Assembly: GCA_028534125.1 (NCBI GenBank) | Contig: CM052816.1 | Span: forward strand, 78,618,001 to 78,682,000 | Reading direction: 5' to 3' | Origin: Lama glama | Lineage: Eukaryota | Length of the DNA: 64,000 bases | In this document: positions 49,810 to 61,523 of the stretch, piece by piece | Numbering within the stretch: the stretch's first letter is position 1 | How the letters are laid out: every line of letters begins with the position of its first letter | Translations under genes and position numbers: made by a program | The notes under the pieces: generated by a model | Told to the model about the DNA's origin: nothing | Seen by the model: only the letters and a program-made list of their open reading frames with translations | Databases searched by the model: none

Positions 49810-50045
49810 GCGTGGTTAAGACCAAAGACGCTACAATCAAATTATTGGCATTGGAATTCCCACTTGAGTTTTTGTTAGCTTTGTGACCTCAGGCAAAGTT
49901 ACATACCCTCAGCTTTCTCGTCTGTAGACTGGGGATAATGATACTAACCATCTTATAGGATTTTAATACAGATTAGATGAGACAATGTTTACAAAGAGCT
50001 CAATATGCACTTAATAAGCACTCAATATGTGTCAGTTATTACTAT
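49810..50045 (+). mobile_element. MIR SINE
   Basis: gtggttaagacc...tgtgacctcaggcaaagttac...tctgtagactggggataat. Confidence 0.7.
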
Positions 50046-50793
50046 AAGGGAGGCAAAGAGCCAAATTAGCTGGAAGGTTGGGAGTTCTGCCTGGTGAAGA
50101 CACACTGTTGAGCTTAAACATTTAGCCCCAGAACTTGAGGCTTTGAGAAACCTGCTTGAACTCACCACACCTCACTGTCCTCATCAGTAAAATGGGGGGC
50201 ATCAATAGTCCCTATCTTAGAGGCTTAATGTCCCCTGATTTTAACTCTGTAAATCTCTTAGAATGCTTTCAGATTTCTCTTAGGTGTCTCCCAGTATGTG
50301 GTAAGCTCTCCATACATAATTCTTCATTACCACTTGGATGGAGTAAGCCAGGCAAGCCAGGATGGGAAGGAAGTAGGACTCTAGGCTTTGGAAGACAACT
50401 AGTGAGCGTCTTACATAGAACGACAGAAGGGGGAAGAGAACCAGTACTTTCTGAATGTTCAGTAAGTGCCTGGAACTTAACATCAAAGGAGATGTTTGGA
50501 GGGTTAAATAAAGTAAGATGCCCACATGCCCACAATAGATTGTTTTCTTATCTTGATTTTTCAGCTGAGTCTTCCAGAGTTTGCATAGTTTCCCCAGGAT
50601 CCCATGACAGGTGAAGGACCCTGGTATGTTCTAAGTCCCTGTTCTTTCCCTCCACCTTTCTCTGTCCAGCTGCAAGGAGAAGGGTGGTGATCCAGGAGGG
50701 GTGTGGGGACACGAGGGATCAATTCAGCTGCAGTCAGTCAGCATTGGTACCTGGTTCCTGCTCTGGTCCCCGGCACAGAATCAACTCACTCAC

Positions 50794-50827
<34 letters not shown>

Positions 50828-50839
50828 ATCTGTCTATCT
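50794..50839. repeat. (TCTA)n tetranucleotide microsatellite
   Basis: About 8 perfect TCTA units plus a degenerate tail. Confidence 0.95.
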
Positions 50840-51339
50840 AATGAATTCCAAATGGCCAAGATACTGGGATGCCGGCCTCTTGCTGACCACCAGATGTCAG
50901 TGTTAACAAGGAATTCCTCCCCTTCATTCTGTTTCCAGAGCTGTGTCAGAGGGTACTTCTTTTGGCAAGCAGCGCTGGCAGATGTGGCTGCCTAACAAGA
51001 GGAGTTTAACCTGGTCATGGAGTCTGTCTTTAAGTTCACCGGAGCACCGAGTGATTTTGGAAGTCTGGGTCACATGTGTTAGCAGAGCCCGGAACTGAAT
51101 TTGGAAAATATACGGCAGTAGAGCACTTGGTTCTTTAAGATAAAAGTCCAAATCACCACATCCCAAGGAACTATTTGTATTTGAAAGATGAATGTTCCTT
51201 GAGGGTGGGCAGTTGTGGAAACCAAAATTAAATTCACGAGGTGAAAAAGTTATTGATTGGTTATTGATCAGCAAAGGCTCACAACTGCAGCTTTCAATTT
51301 TTAAATCCTGATATGTAATTTATTCACGATGCAAGCCTC

Positions 51340-51385
51340 TACACACACACACACACACACACACGCATGCATGCACACATACACA
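51340..51385. repeat. (CA)n microsatellite
   Basis: About 12 CA units followed by further alternating purine-pyrimidine sequence. Confidence 0.95.
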
Positions 51386-51478
51386 TTAAAATAAAAATTC
51401 CCTGAAGCAATACTTTACTATATGTGGGGCAGTCTGATATTTTCTATTCTATTCTTTCATTAAAAAATGCAGCTGGGG

Positions 51479-51688
51479 GACCTACTGTATAGCACAGTGA
51501 TCTGTATTCAATATCTTGTAATAACCTATAATCGAAAAGAATCTGAAAAAAATCTGTGTATATATATATGTATATATGTGTGTGTGTGTGTGTATATATA
51601 TATATGTGTGTATGTATATATATCTCAAATCACTTTGCTGTACACCTGAAACATACAACATTGTAAATCAACCATACTTCAATTTTTT
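51479..51688 (+). mobile_element. L1 3' end (artiodactyl type) with an internal TA/TG microsatellite
   Basis: gacctactgtatagcacag...aatcactttgctgtacacctgaaac...ttgtaaatcaac; degenerate TSD aaaaaatgcagctggg / aaaaaatgctggttggg after TT. Confidence 0.88.
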
Positions 51689-52499
51689 AAAAAATGCTGG
51701 TTGGGACTCACCAAACTGATGACCCACAGTTTGAAAAACACTGCCCTGGAAGATTACGCCATAGTAATGGTTTAGATGAGGTCCTGGGTTTGCAGTGCTT
51801 GATTAGAGTTAGATTTCAGGGTTAATCTAGGCGGGGAAACCCTTCCTTTGGATATGGACCTTGGCTCAAATCGCAGCTTTGCCTTGAGTAAGTTACTTAT
51901 CCCTGAACCTCAACTTTCTTGTATGTAAAATAGATATAATGATGCCTCTTCACAGGGCCGTTGTGAGGTACCTGGTGTATAAGAGGCTTTCAACATATGC
52001 CTTGCCCTTCTGTACTTTAAAGATTTTATATTATATGTGATTAGAGTATGTTACAATTTAACCAAACCAGAGCATTCTCATGTGGAAGGGAGATTAGACA
52101 CTAAAACCAGTGCCTGGAAATCCTTAAGGACAGAGTAATCTTGGGCATGTAGTTCCAGCATAATCGCGCTCAGAGGCAGAGCGCTGGAATAATGCCTCTT
52201 AGAGGTTTGGGGAGAGGAAGACACACCAGTTTACAGTGATGCTTTCACTAGAATTCCCCTGTCTGACCCTCTCCTAGAACTGATCACACAGATAATGTTA
52301 TTCTTTTAATGATTTTCCCTGCTAGGATCTGTGCTTGGTTGGTAAACAGTAGGTGCTCAAAATATTGCTGATATTAATGCACAGCTATGAATGAGCAGGG
52401 GACTGTAGGTCGCATCCTGTCTAGAGAATTCTAGCCAACAAGCCCTGCGAGGTGCTGAGCAGGAAGCTGGGAAGACTGACTTTTTAATTTTCAAGGTAA

Positions 52500-52598
52500 G
52501 GGGGAAGGTATAGCTCAGCAGTAGAGTGCCTGCATGCATGAGGTCCTGGGTTCAATCCGCAGTACCTCCATGAAATAACAAACAAACAAACAAATAAA
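52500..52598 (+). mobile_element. tRNA-Ala-derived SINE
   Basis: ggggaaggtatagctcagcagtagagtgc...gaggtcctgggttcaatcc, followed by a (CAAA)n tail. Confidence 0.9.
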
Positions 52599-52879
52599 TT
52601 CAGTTAATTTCCATGATGATAAACACTGATCACTAGGACACTGTGATTTGTTTAATCATGGAGCTGATTATATAGATTTTTTTGGGCTTTGAGAGCCTTA
52701 GTTATGATACCCAAGGACTGGTATCATTTCAGCTCTCTGAATCTCTGGCACAAGAATCCATATCCCCGTGGGCATTGTTTTCTTGTGTTCCCATTAGATT
52801 ATAAATTCTTTGAACCTGCTTTATGACAACAACATCTCCTGTTTTGTGATTACCTGCTGTACGTATACACGACCGCCTA

Positions 52880-53030
52880 CCTTCACAGCTACCATAGCAA
52901 GGTAGATGTTGCTATATCTCCATTTTACAGATGAGGGGACTGAGGCTCAGAGAGCGTGTAAAACTTTGCCAAGGTCACACAGCTAGCAAACAGCAGAGTC
53001 AGGATTCAAACTCAAACCTTGTAGGCCAGA
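52880..53030 (-). mobile_element. MIR SINE
   Basis: ccattttacagatgaggggactgaggctcagaga...ccaaggtcacacagctag. Confidence 0.85.
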
Positions 53031-53689
53031 ATTGGGGCATGTAACCACAGCACTCACAGCACCCTCCTTCTTCGTGGTCCCACACAACTGCTAAGTCAGT
53101 GCTCAACATATTTGCAGCATTCAGTAAATACGTGTTGACGGGTGGTTGGTTAATAGACCCAGGACTTGTGGTGTGATCCCCTGCAGACAAGGAGGAGCCT
53201 GAATTGTGGTGTCCAGGTTGGAACTGAGTGTTCCAGGGCCCTGGACCCAGTTAGCGGGGGCAAGCTTCAGAGCACAGAGCCAGGGGGGTGGTGATGCAAA
53301 AGATAATGCTTTAGGGGCAATAGAAATGAAAAACTAGCAAGCTGTCTGAGTCCTTGGTCTGAGGGCTGTGGGGAGAGAGAATGAGAGAGTGATTGCATGC
53401 AATGAAGGGAGAGCAGAGGGTGAAAGAGAAGGAAGATAGAGAGGTGGAGAAATCCCCGGAAACTTTGGAACAGTCCCAGACTCTCTGCAGGACACCTGAA
53501 GATTCCCACCTGGATGGGAAGGAGCAGAGAAGGATGCTCCTCGTGGCTCTGGCACCTGGCTTGTGTTACAACTCGGTCCTCTTTGGTCTTACTCAATTCC
53601 AGCTATAGATCGTTTTCATGGACTCATGAAACTTTAGAGCTGAGAAGGACTTTGAAGATTATTTGCTGCCCTCCAGTGGTAAGATCTCA

Positions 53690-53766
53690 ATCTCTCTCTC
53701 TCTCTCCCTCTCTCTCTCTCTTTCTCTCACTCTGTCTCTCTTTCTGTCTCTGTCTCTGTCTCTCTC
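53690..53766. repeat. (TC)n/(TCTG)n pyrimidine-rich microsatellite
   Basis: About 75 bp of nearly pure pyrimidine repeat. Confidence 0.9.
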
Positions 53767-56018
53767 CAGATAAAGCCATCCTGGACACACAGTGTGAAAA
53801 CAAGAGGAATAATAATATTAGTGATAACAATAGCTGGAGGTGATAGCGAAAATACTTTACAATTGCTGAAGCACGGAGGCTGACAAAACAGAAAGGGCAC
53901 AGCAGCAAACGACTGGGGTAGCTGGACTGGGCACTGATTTTCATCTGTCTTTCAGCCCTGGTATGTGTATGTGCTGGACAGGAACTAAGTATTGCCTAAT
54001 TAAATCCCCAGAAAACCCCATAATCCCAGTAAGACTTCACCAGAGGAGGAGGTTTAGAGAAGTGACATTATTGCCCCAGGACACACACTGAATCAGTGGC
54101 GGTGTCTGATTTGAACTGGGGGGTCCTGACTGCAAGGTAGCTGGGACAAGGCAGGAACAAGGAAGTCTCTGCCCGGAGTCTGAGAGTTTGAGACACGTGA
54201 GTAAGGGAGTGTTTTCTGTTCTGCTTAGAGCAACTTCTTGATTTCATCCAGCAAGGGCCCCCAAGGGTGTTACAGCTGTTCTGGTCTCTGATTCCCATTA
54301 CGACCAGAAATGAACAGTCAGTGGTGACCTCCTTCTATGTCAAGGCTTTCCTCGGTCTTTTGCGAGTGCATTTCCACTACTTTTACTTCGAGCCTTCTCT
54401 CCAAGTCAAAAAGGCTCTTACCGAGAAAAGCGGCTGGGCTCGATCCAGGCATGACCCTGCAGGGGCTGGAAGCCTGGCCTGGGCTCCTTTAGTGTCTGAG
54501 CTTATGACTTGCAGCTCTTTCTCCAACCTGGGTCCCTAGTCTTTTCTCTCCTGGGACCTCTGATGTGCAGCAGAAGGTCCAGGTGACCTAGCAGCGTGAC
54601 CTAGTACAAGTCACAACCTCATGGGAGGGACAAACAGAGGAAATGGAGGGGGAAAGACCTAGGCCAGACATAAAAGCTTTAAGTAGCCTGAATTTCGCAA
54701 ATGGATGAATCTCAAAGGGAGAAATAAGGACTTCTTAGGTAGAAGTGAAAAATCTGTCTTTGAAAAGACACTCGAAAAATCCCTCGGGGGAAAAAAACAA
54801 TGCAATTTCCCTGCCACTAAGTCTTAGTTTTCTATAATAATAAGTATTATTATAATAATTACGTAATATTTTGGCAGGAAAAGTTGACATGATTTTCTCT
54901 TTTGCTTTTCTGAATGTACTTTCTGCCAAGCCAGCCAAGGGCACTCCCCTGCCTCAAGAAATTAGGATGATTACAGCTGAAAGAAATCAATAGTATTCAG
55001 GTTCTGATTCTCAAAATAGGAACTCATTTCAAGGCAATAGACTTGAGAGCAGGCATTGTGAAGAGAGAAGCTTTTTCCAAATTCCCCCATTTCCTTCCTT
55101 AGCGTATCAAGACCCCGGCCTGGTAAAGCAGACCGCAGGGTTTTCACTGATGACCGATACAGGAAGAGAAGTGGGTGGCAGAAACCCATCCCTTCTAGCT
55201 ATGGGGGTGGCTGGAAAAAGAAGGGAGGCCAGGAGGGAAGCATTTCCTTCAAGAGGCAGTTGTTACATAAGCAGGGAGAACCCCGCGGGCAGAGCGTTCC
55301 GACTCCTCCCCTGCACTGGGCTGCCCGGTGCCAACAGAGGTTATGGTTCGCTCATCTGAGGCCTCTCTTATTGCCCGTGCAGCAGGGACCTCAAGTTGAG
55401 AGCCGGCAGGTCTGCACAGGGATCTTGCCTCCGTGGGAGTGAGTTCCAGGGCCGGGCGAAGAGTGTGGGGAAGGGGGAGCAGGGAGCAGGAAGTCTAGGG
55501 GATCGCGTGGGGTGATGCTGACCGTTTAAGTAGGAAGTAGCCAGGTTACTCCAAGGAGACTCTTTAGATGGGCAGAGACTGGGATGGTCAACCTGGAGGC
55601 TGAACAGAGAAGTTAGAGAAAACAGAGGCTCCCCTGCTTCTCCACCCTCCGTGGCATCCCCTCACACCTAGAATAAAATCCACTGTCCTCACCGTGGTCT
55701 GCAAGACCCCACCAGGTGGGCCTTCCCCTGGCCCCTCTCTGACTCCCTCCCCTTTCCCCAGACACCCTGGCCTCCAGGCTGCCCTCCCACACAGCTCACA
55801 CCTGCACAGGGGAAGGTGGGGGCGAGGCTTGCATTGGCTCGCTCTTCAACTTGGAATCCGCAGTCTTGATCTCTCATTCCATTTAGGTCTCTCCTCACAG
55901 GGAGTCCCCTCAGGGCGTCTTCCCTGACTGCCCTATTTAAATAGCTCTCCAGTGCCCCTCTGCAGGCTCTTCCTGGGCGGCGTTACTCTTCCTTGCAACA
56001 ACGATTACAGCTTGAGCC

Positions 56019-56395
56019 TATATCTTAGTCTGCTTGGGCTGCCATAACAAAAGACCACAGACCGGGTGGCTTAAACAACAGATTCATTTTACCACAGTCT
56101 GGAGGCTGGAAGTCCAAGATCAGGGTGTCAGCATGGTCGGGTTCTGGTGAGGGCTCTCCTCCTGGCTTACAGAAGGCAGTCTTCTCGCTGTGGGCTCACA
56201 TGGCCTTTCCTTGGGGGGTGTGTGTGTGTGTGTGTGTGTAGAGAGGCCACCAGTCCTGTCAAATTAGGTCCTTATCCTTATGACCTCATTTAACCTTAAG
56301 TACCTCCTAAAAGCCCCATCTTCAAATACAACCACAGTGGAAGTTAGGGCTTCGCTGTATGAATTTTGGAGGGAACATTATTCAGTCCGCGCCAC
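56019..56395 (-). mobile_element. MLT1A/MST-like LTR with internal (TG)n, inserted in an L2 remnant
   Basis: tcttagtctgcttgggctgccataacaaaa...ggaggctggaagtccaagatcagggtgtcagca. L2-like flanks at ~55780-56010 and ~56420-56520. Confidence 0.85.
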
Positions 56396-56828
56396 TTATA
56401 AGTACACATTTATTAGAATATATCTCCATGAAAGGAGGGGTTTTATACACTGTTGTACCTGCATTGTCCAGTACTGGGCCTGGCACACAGTAGGCACTGT
56501 ATAAATATCTGAGAAATAAATAGAGGAGCGGGCAGCATCTTCTCTGTTTATCCTAGTGGTAGTGTGAGCAGGTTTATCACTCCATGATAGTAACACCCCA
56601 AACAAGCCCCATTTATTAAGCCTGTACACAGACCGGTCCATCTACCTTTTTTTCCCTGATCTAATCTTCAACAAAATCCCAGGAAATAAGAATGATTCTC
56701 ATCGTGATAAGTATGAGCAAACTGAGGCAGTTAAGTAACTTGCCCAAAGTCATGCAGCTCATAGGCAAGGCCAGGATTGGGGCCCTAGTCTATCAACTCC
56801 AAAGCTCATTTCTTTTTAGACTCTAGAC

Positions 56829-57100
56829 CAGTGGTTCAGAACCACCTGGAGGTTAAAACCGACTACTGGGCTTCGCCCTCCATGTTTCTGATTCTGTAGG
56901 TCTGGGATGGGATCTGAAAATCTTCACTTTTTTTTTCTTTTTTTAAATGGAGGTACTGGGGATTGAACCTGGGACCTCATGCATGCTGAGCGTGCACTCT
57001 ACCACCGAGGTATACCCCCACCCCCAGAATATGCATTCCTGATACATTCCCAGGGGATGCTGATAACGTTGCTCCAGGGACCACACTTTGAGAATCACTG
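56829..57100. mobile_element. MER5A DNA transposon interrupted by a Vic-1-like SINE (56926-57025, minus strand)
   Basis: MER5A ends cagtggttc ... ggaccacactttgagaatcactg; SINE text ggggattgaacctgggacctcatgcatgctgagcgtgcactctacc. Confidence 0.85.
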
Positions 57101-58623
57101 CCCTAGACACACAACACTTCAAGTTCCTTTTTCTCTCAGACTTTTGAGCTATTTTCTGTCTCTATAGCCTTCACTATAGTCCATCAGTAATGAGTTTGCA
57201 GTAATTGCTCGGCGTTTCCACGTAGTCTGGTCTGAAGTGGCCATCAGGAGCCTAGAGAAAGACCTTTGCCACAGGGTGGCAGCAGCATCCCAGATACAGG
57301 GCGTTAGGCCTGGCGCTGGGGCAGCTCATTAGCACACCATCCCCTGGGTTCCCACAGAGCGTGGGCCTGACTGCCTCTCCGGTTCCCCTTGGCCGGGAGG
57401 AGGATGGCGGGGGGGGGGTGCCTGGCAGAAGGGGAGGTCACTGGCACACAGAGCAGCAGTTTTGTTCTCTAGGAGACCCGGGAGGAAGCTGGGTGGTCCC
57501 CTCAGAGTGTCGAATTGTGCCCTTGACAAAACCACCATGCAGCGCGGGGCTGCTGGGAGAGCCGGGCCTGACAAAGGCATCGGAGGAGCCTGGCAGGGGC
57601 TGTCAGTACCCGGGCGCACGCAGAGGCCTGGGCCCCTCCGGGAAGAGGCCTGGCAGTTTCTCAGGATGCCCGTTTCTAGGGGAGACGGGCCTCTGCAAAG
57701 CCTCCCTCCCAGAAGAGGTAGGTCTGTGGCCTCCTCAGGGAGTTCCTTCCTGCTCACAAGGGCGCAGACTGAGCCGGGAACCACTCTCTCCTCCTCCAGC
57801 GTCATCCCCATGCCTCTTCCTCCTTCACTGAGCCAGCTTTGTTCTGAACATCTTAAGAATCTTCCTAAGTGCCAGGAACTGGGCTGAGAGTTTTACACTA
57901 TCATCCATTTTCATTCTCATTACACCTTGTGGAGAAGGTCTTAGACTTATTTATGATGAGGAAGTTGAAGTTTTGATCTATCATTTGCCAGGCTTACTTG
58001 ACCCTAGAGCCTCATTCAACACTTCCTACAACAAATGGAAACCTGATAGGAAAACTGAAGAGTTCAGGTTTCATCCAACCTTCGCACATACAGATGAGGA
58101 CATTGGGGTCCACAGAGAAAGCCGGTTAAAAGCAAATCAGGGACTAGAACTCACACTTCCTCATCCTGGTATTGTCATCATGAAGCCAACAGATCATGTA
58201 CTAGGATTAATCAGGACAATCCAGGGACCCTGATGAAACTGCTTGAGGATGTAAGGGTAACAGATATGGAAGCAGCACCACTCTGAAGCTGAAGGCCTTT
58301 AGGTTTTAGGAAGCATGAAGTCATTCTTAGTCTAGCTGTGTTCGTTTTCTAACACAGGTGTAGACTTTCTCGAGTTTTTCTACTTCTTTGGCTAACAGCT
58401 TATCATCAGCTTAAATGAAGCAATGCCTCACTGAGGCCCTGTAGTGCCAAGGCTGTGGACTTTGGTGACAGTTTGCAGACTTGTGTTGCTGACAGAATCT
58501 TGTGAGTGCTAAGTTCTCCCCAGGGCAGACCCATCATCAGCTCCTTTTGGGGTTGAGATGACTCTTGGATGGTCTTTATTTTCTCCTGCTATGTCTGCAA
58601 GCTCTTGGCTGGCTGCCTTCAGG

Positions 58624-58658
<35 letters not shown>

Positions 58659-60009
58659 ATCCCCTGAACCTATAGAGTTGAAAAGGAAATCTAAAAGTTG
58701 TCACCTGACAGCCTCTTCTGTGAGACCCACTGCTATCTGTAATCTGGCTGCGATTATTGGGAAAGAATTTCTGACTTTAAGGGGCATATTTTGTGCTCCT
58801 TCTGCAGTACTAATTGGGCCCTGTGCGTCGTATCCTTCAGCCTTGGCTTAAAGAAGGGACTTTTGTGGGACCGATGCCCAACCATGGAGGCTGGAGTTCC
58901 TGCAGAAGACTGAAAACTGCCTCATTCCCAACTTTGCAATGACTGGAAAATGATGGTCTTTGAATAGCACAATATGAAAAGAATATGGGTGCTTTTCTGG
59001 AAAGAGCACCCCAAATGAAAAAAATATGTTCACAATGGAAAACAATATGTGAACGCCAAATTGTTCAGCCCTGTAATGGATTACAGAAAATATTTTATGT
59101 TTGGAGTTGGGTGGGGGCGGGGAGTACAGGAGGAAGGAGTGAGAGAAGGAAAGGCAAAAAAAAAAAAAAAAGAGAGAAGAAAAGAAAAACAGATGTGAGC
59201 CTTAAAATATTTCAAGTATGGATAACTGAAAAGCTGTTTAATTTATTTAAGGCCGTTCCATGCAGTCTGAAAGGTGACCAAGTTTTTTAAATGCAGTCAC
59301 AAGATTTACAAGTGATAACATCCCCCAAACAAACAGTATAAATGTCCCAGGTCTAGACTGCCTTTTAAAGCGTGTTTTTGCTAGCAAGGAGAGATTAAAA
59401 ATTAGGATGATTATTTTGAATAATCACACGAACTCTTTCACCTATAACATTCACTCCATCAAGGCAAATGTAAATTGTCTTGAATTCTTCATTTTGCATT
59501 TATGTAGGGTTGACAACAACGGCAAAAAAAAAAAAAAAAATACAGGTTGCCCTGCGTAATACTTTGGGACATACTTAAACAAAACATCCTTTGTTATTTA
59601 ATACTTACACTTAAACATTATTTGCTACTATTCAAATATAACTGGTGTCTTTTATTTGATCTGACTACCCTGCTTGTATGTATATGTTCAGTAAAATGAG
59701 ACTGGTTCCAAATTGAAGGCTGAGGCATCAGTTTTGTGGGCATAATGAGGGAAGACCAGATTAAAATCATGCCACTTTCTGAGTACCTGCCTGTGCTTAG
59801 GGAACATAAGGAATGGGATGGGAAGATAATAATCTAGAACAGAATGGCAAAACGGAGGAGGGAGGGGAGAGAGGCAGGGCACGGGGATACAAAACAGAGA
59901 ATTCCTAGAATGGAAAGGGCTCCTGGGAGAGACTGAGAAGCAGGGAATAGGGAAACGGGGTGGTGAAGAATTTTAAACCCTTTGATGGCTTTCACATATC
60001 ACTCTTCCC

Positions 60010-60550
60010 TCTACACTGCCGACCTTGGAATTCCACGTTGTGCTCATCCAAGCGAGTTCTCTTTAAGAGGAAGTTCAGCTCCTTCCTGCGACGAGCTCGG
60101 GGCTCCCCCCGGTGGTCGTTGTGGGTATCGCGCCTCCCCAGACCCGGCCTCATTTATCCCAGAGATTTCTCATCTTCCACTTTCCCTCTAAGGACCGGGC
60201 CCATCAGCTTCCTCCACCCTCCCTTCCCTGCTTTTTCTGACGGCTTATTCATTCCTAGCCTGCTTTCGGCCTGACATCCCTCCACTCTACCCCACCACAA
60301 CTGCTCTGGCTCCTCGGAACAGGCCACACAGAGCTTGGTCATTGTTGCCCCAGTTCTGGGACCACCCGGGTGGGAGAAGGGGTAGCGCGCTGCCGCGGAG
60401 GCCGAATGAGTGACAGCAGCCTCAGGTCAAGTGCCCAGCGGGCCGCCCGGAAGGAGGGCGTGTGCCCCCCCACCCCTTTCCAGCGGGAAATCAGCCCTTC
60501 CTTCAGACCCACGCGATGAAGAGCGCTAAAACGTCTATGAATAAAAGCGT
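60010..60550. promoter_or_regulatory. CpG-enriched patch, candidate enhancer or weak promoter
   Basis: Local excess of CpG in repeat-free DNA; CCGGAAG (60447), GGGCGTG (60456), TGAGTGACAG (60407), AGGTCA (60424). Confidence 0.45.
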
Positions 60551-61416
60551 ACCAAAAGGATTTTACTTGGAAAGTAAGACTTTTCAGCTTGGGAAAGGGA
60601 ATGCTGCTGGGGGTGGGACAGAGAGGCTGAAGGGATAAACATGGGGAACAGATAGACCCCCAACGTCTCTCAGTGTCGGATTTTTAAAAAATTGTTAGGA
60701 ATGTATTTACTTATCAGAAACATTAAAAAAATGTGTTAACCGGAAGCATTTTCGAAGTTCCGTTTGTGAAGAGATCTGTGACCACTTCAGAGGGATCTAT
60801 GCTTTTTCCCCTTCATCTTAGTCATAGCCTGAGAGGACTGTGAGGGTTGATGCCTTCAACCCTAACGGCATCGCCACAGATCCTCCACAGGCTGCTGACC
60901 CGCTTCTCAGGCCTGAGTGTGGAGGCTGGAGCCCAGTGAGGGTGGAGGCCAAATCCAGCTTAGGCTGCAGAAGGGAAGGAAACTGGTGATGGCAGGAGGA
61001 AGCACTTCCTAGGGGTGGGTTGTTCTTTTGTGGCACTTCCCTGATTGCTTCCGTGTCCAGAAAGTCCCACAGACTGGATCCCCTCAGGGAAGCCAGAGCT
61101 AGTTTGATTCCCCCAGGCTGCGAGCATTTCCCCAGTCACCCATTGGGATGTCATAAATGCCTTGTCAAAAGTCAGACTGATCAAACAGGGATTTGTAAAA
61201 TTTTTGGTGGAAAGATCCTTTAGAGAAATTGATGGACGCTAAAGCCTTCTCTCCCAGAAAAAGGCAGATGCACAAAACTTTCCCTACAATTTCAAGGGCT
61301 GTATGAACTCACTGACGTCTTTCACATGATCTAGGGGTTTGTGGCCTGTCCTTAAGAGTCCCTCCTCTAGGTGGCTGCCACCTGCAGGTAGACGGTCAGA
61401 TTAAAAGTTCTCCAGC

Positions 61417-61523
61417 GGGGAGGATATAGCTCAAGTGGTAGAGCGCCATGGTTCTGGGTTCAATCCCCAGTACTGCCTCTAAAACTAAATAAAGCTAATT
61501 ACCCCCCCAACCCACCCCAAAAG
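61417..61523 (+). mobile_element. tRNA-Ala-derived SINE with a deleted anticodon arm
   Basis: ggggaggatatagctcaagtggtagagcgccatggttctgggttcaatccccagtac; degenerate TSD aaaagttctccag / aaaaggcttccag. Confidence 0.88.

Noticed and set aside
57329..57887. Overlapping 141-160 aa ORFs on both strands
   Set aside because: GC-rich sequence depleted in stop codons; Gly/Pro/Arg-biased peptides with no recognisable domain or splice structure.
21090..61523. tRNA-Ala genes
   Set aside because: All eight tRNA-like sequences have broken stems, SINE-type 3' ends and/or TSDs, so they are SINEs rather than tRNA genes.
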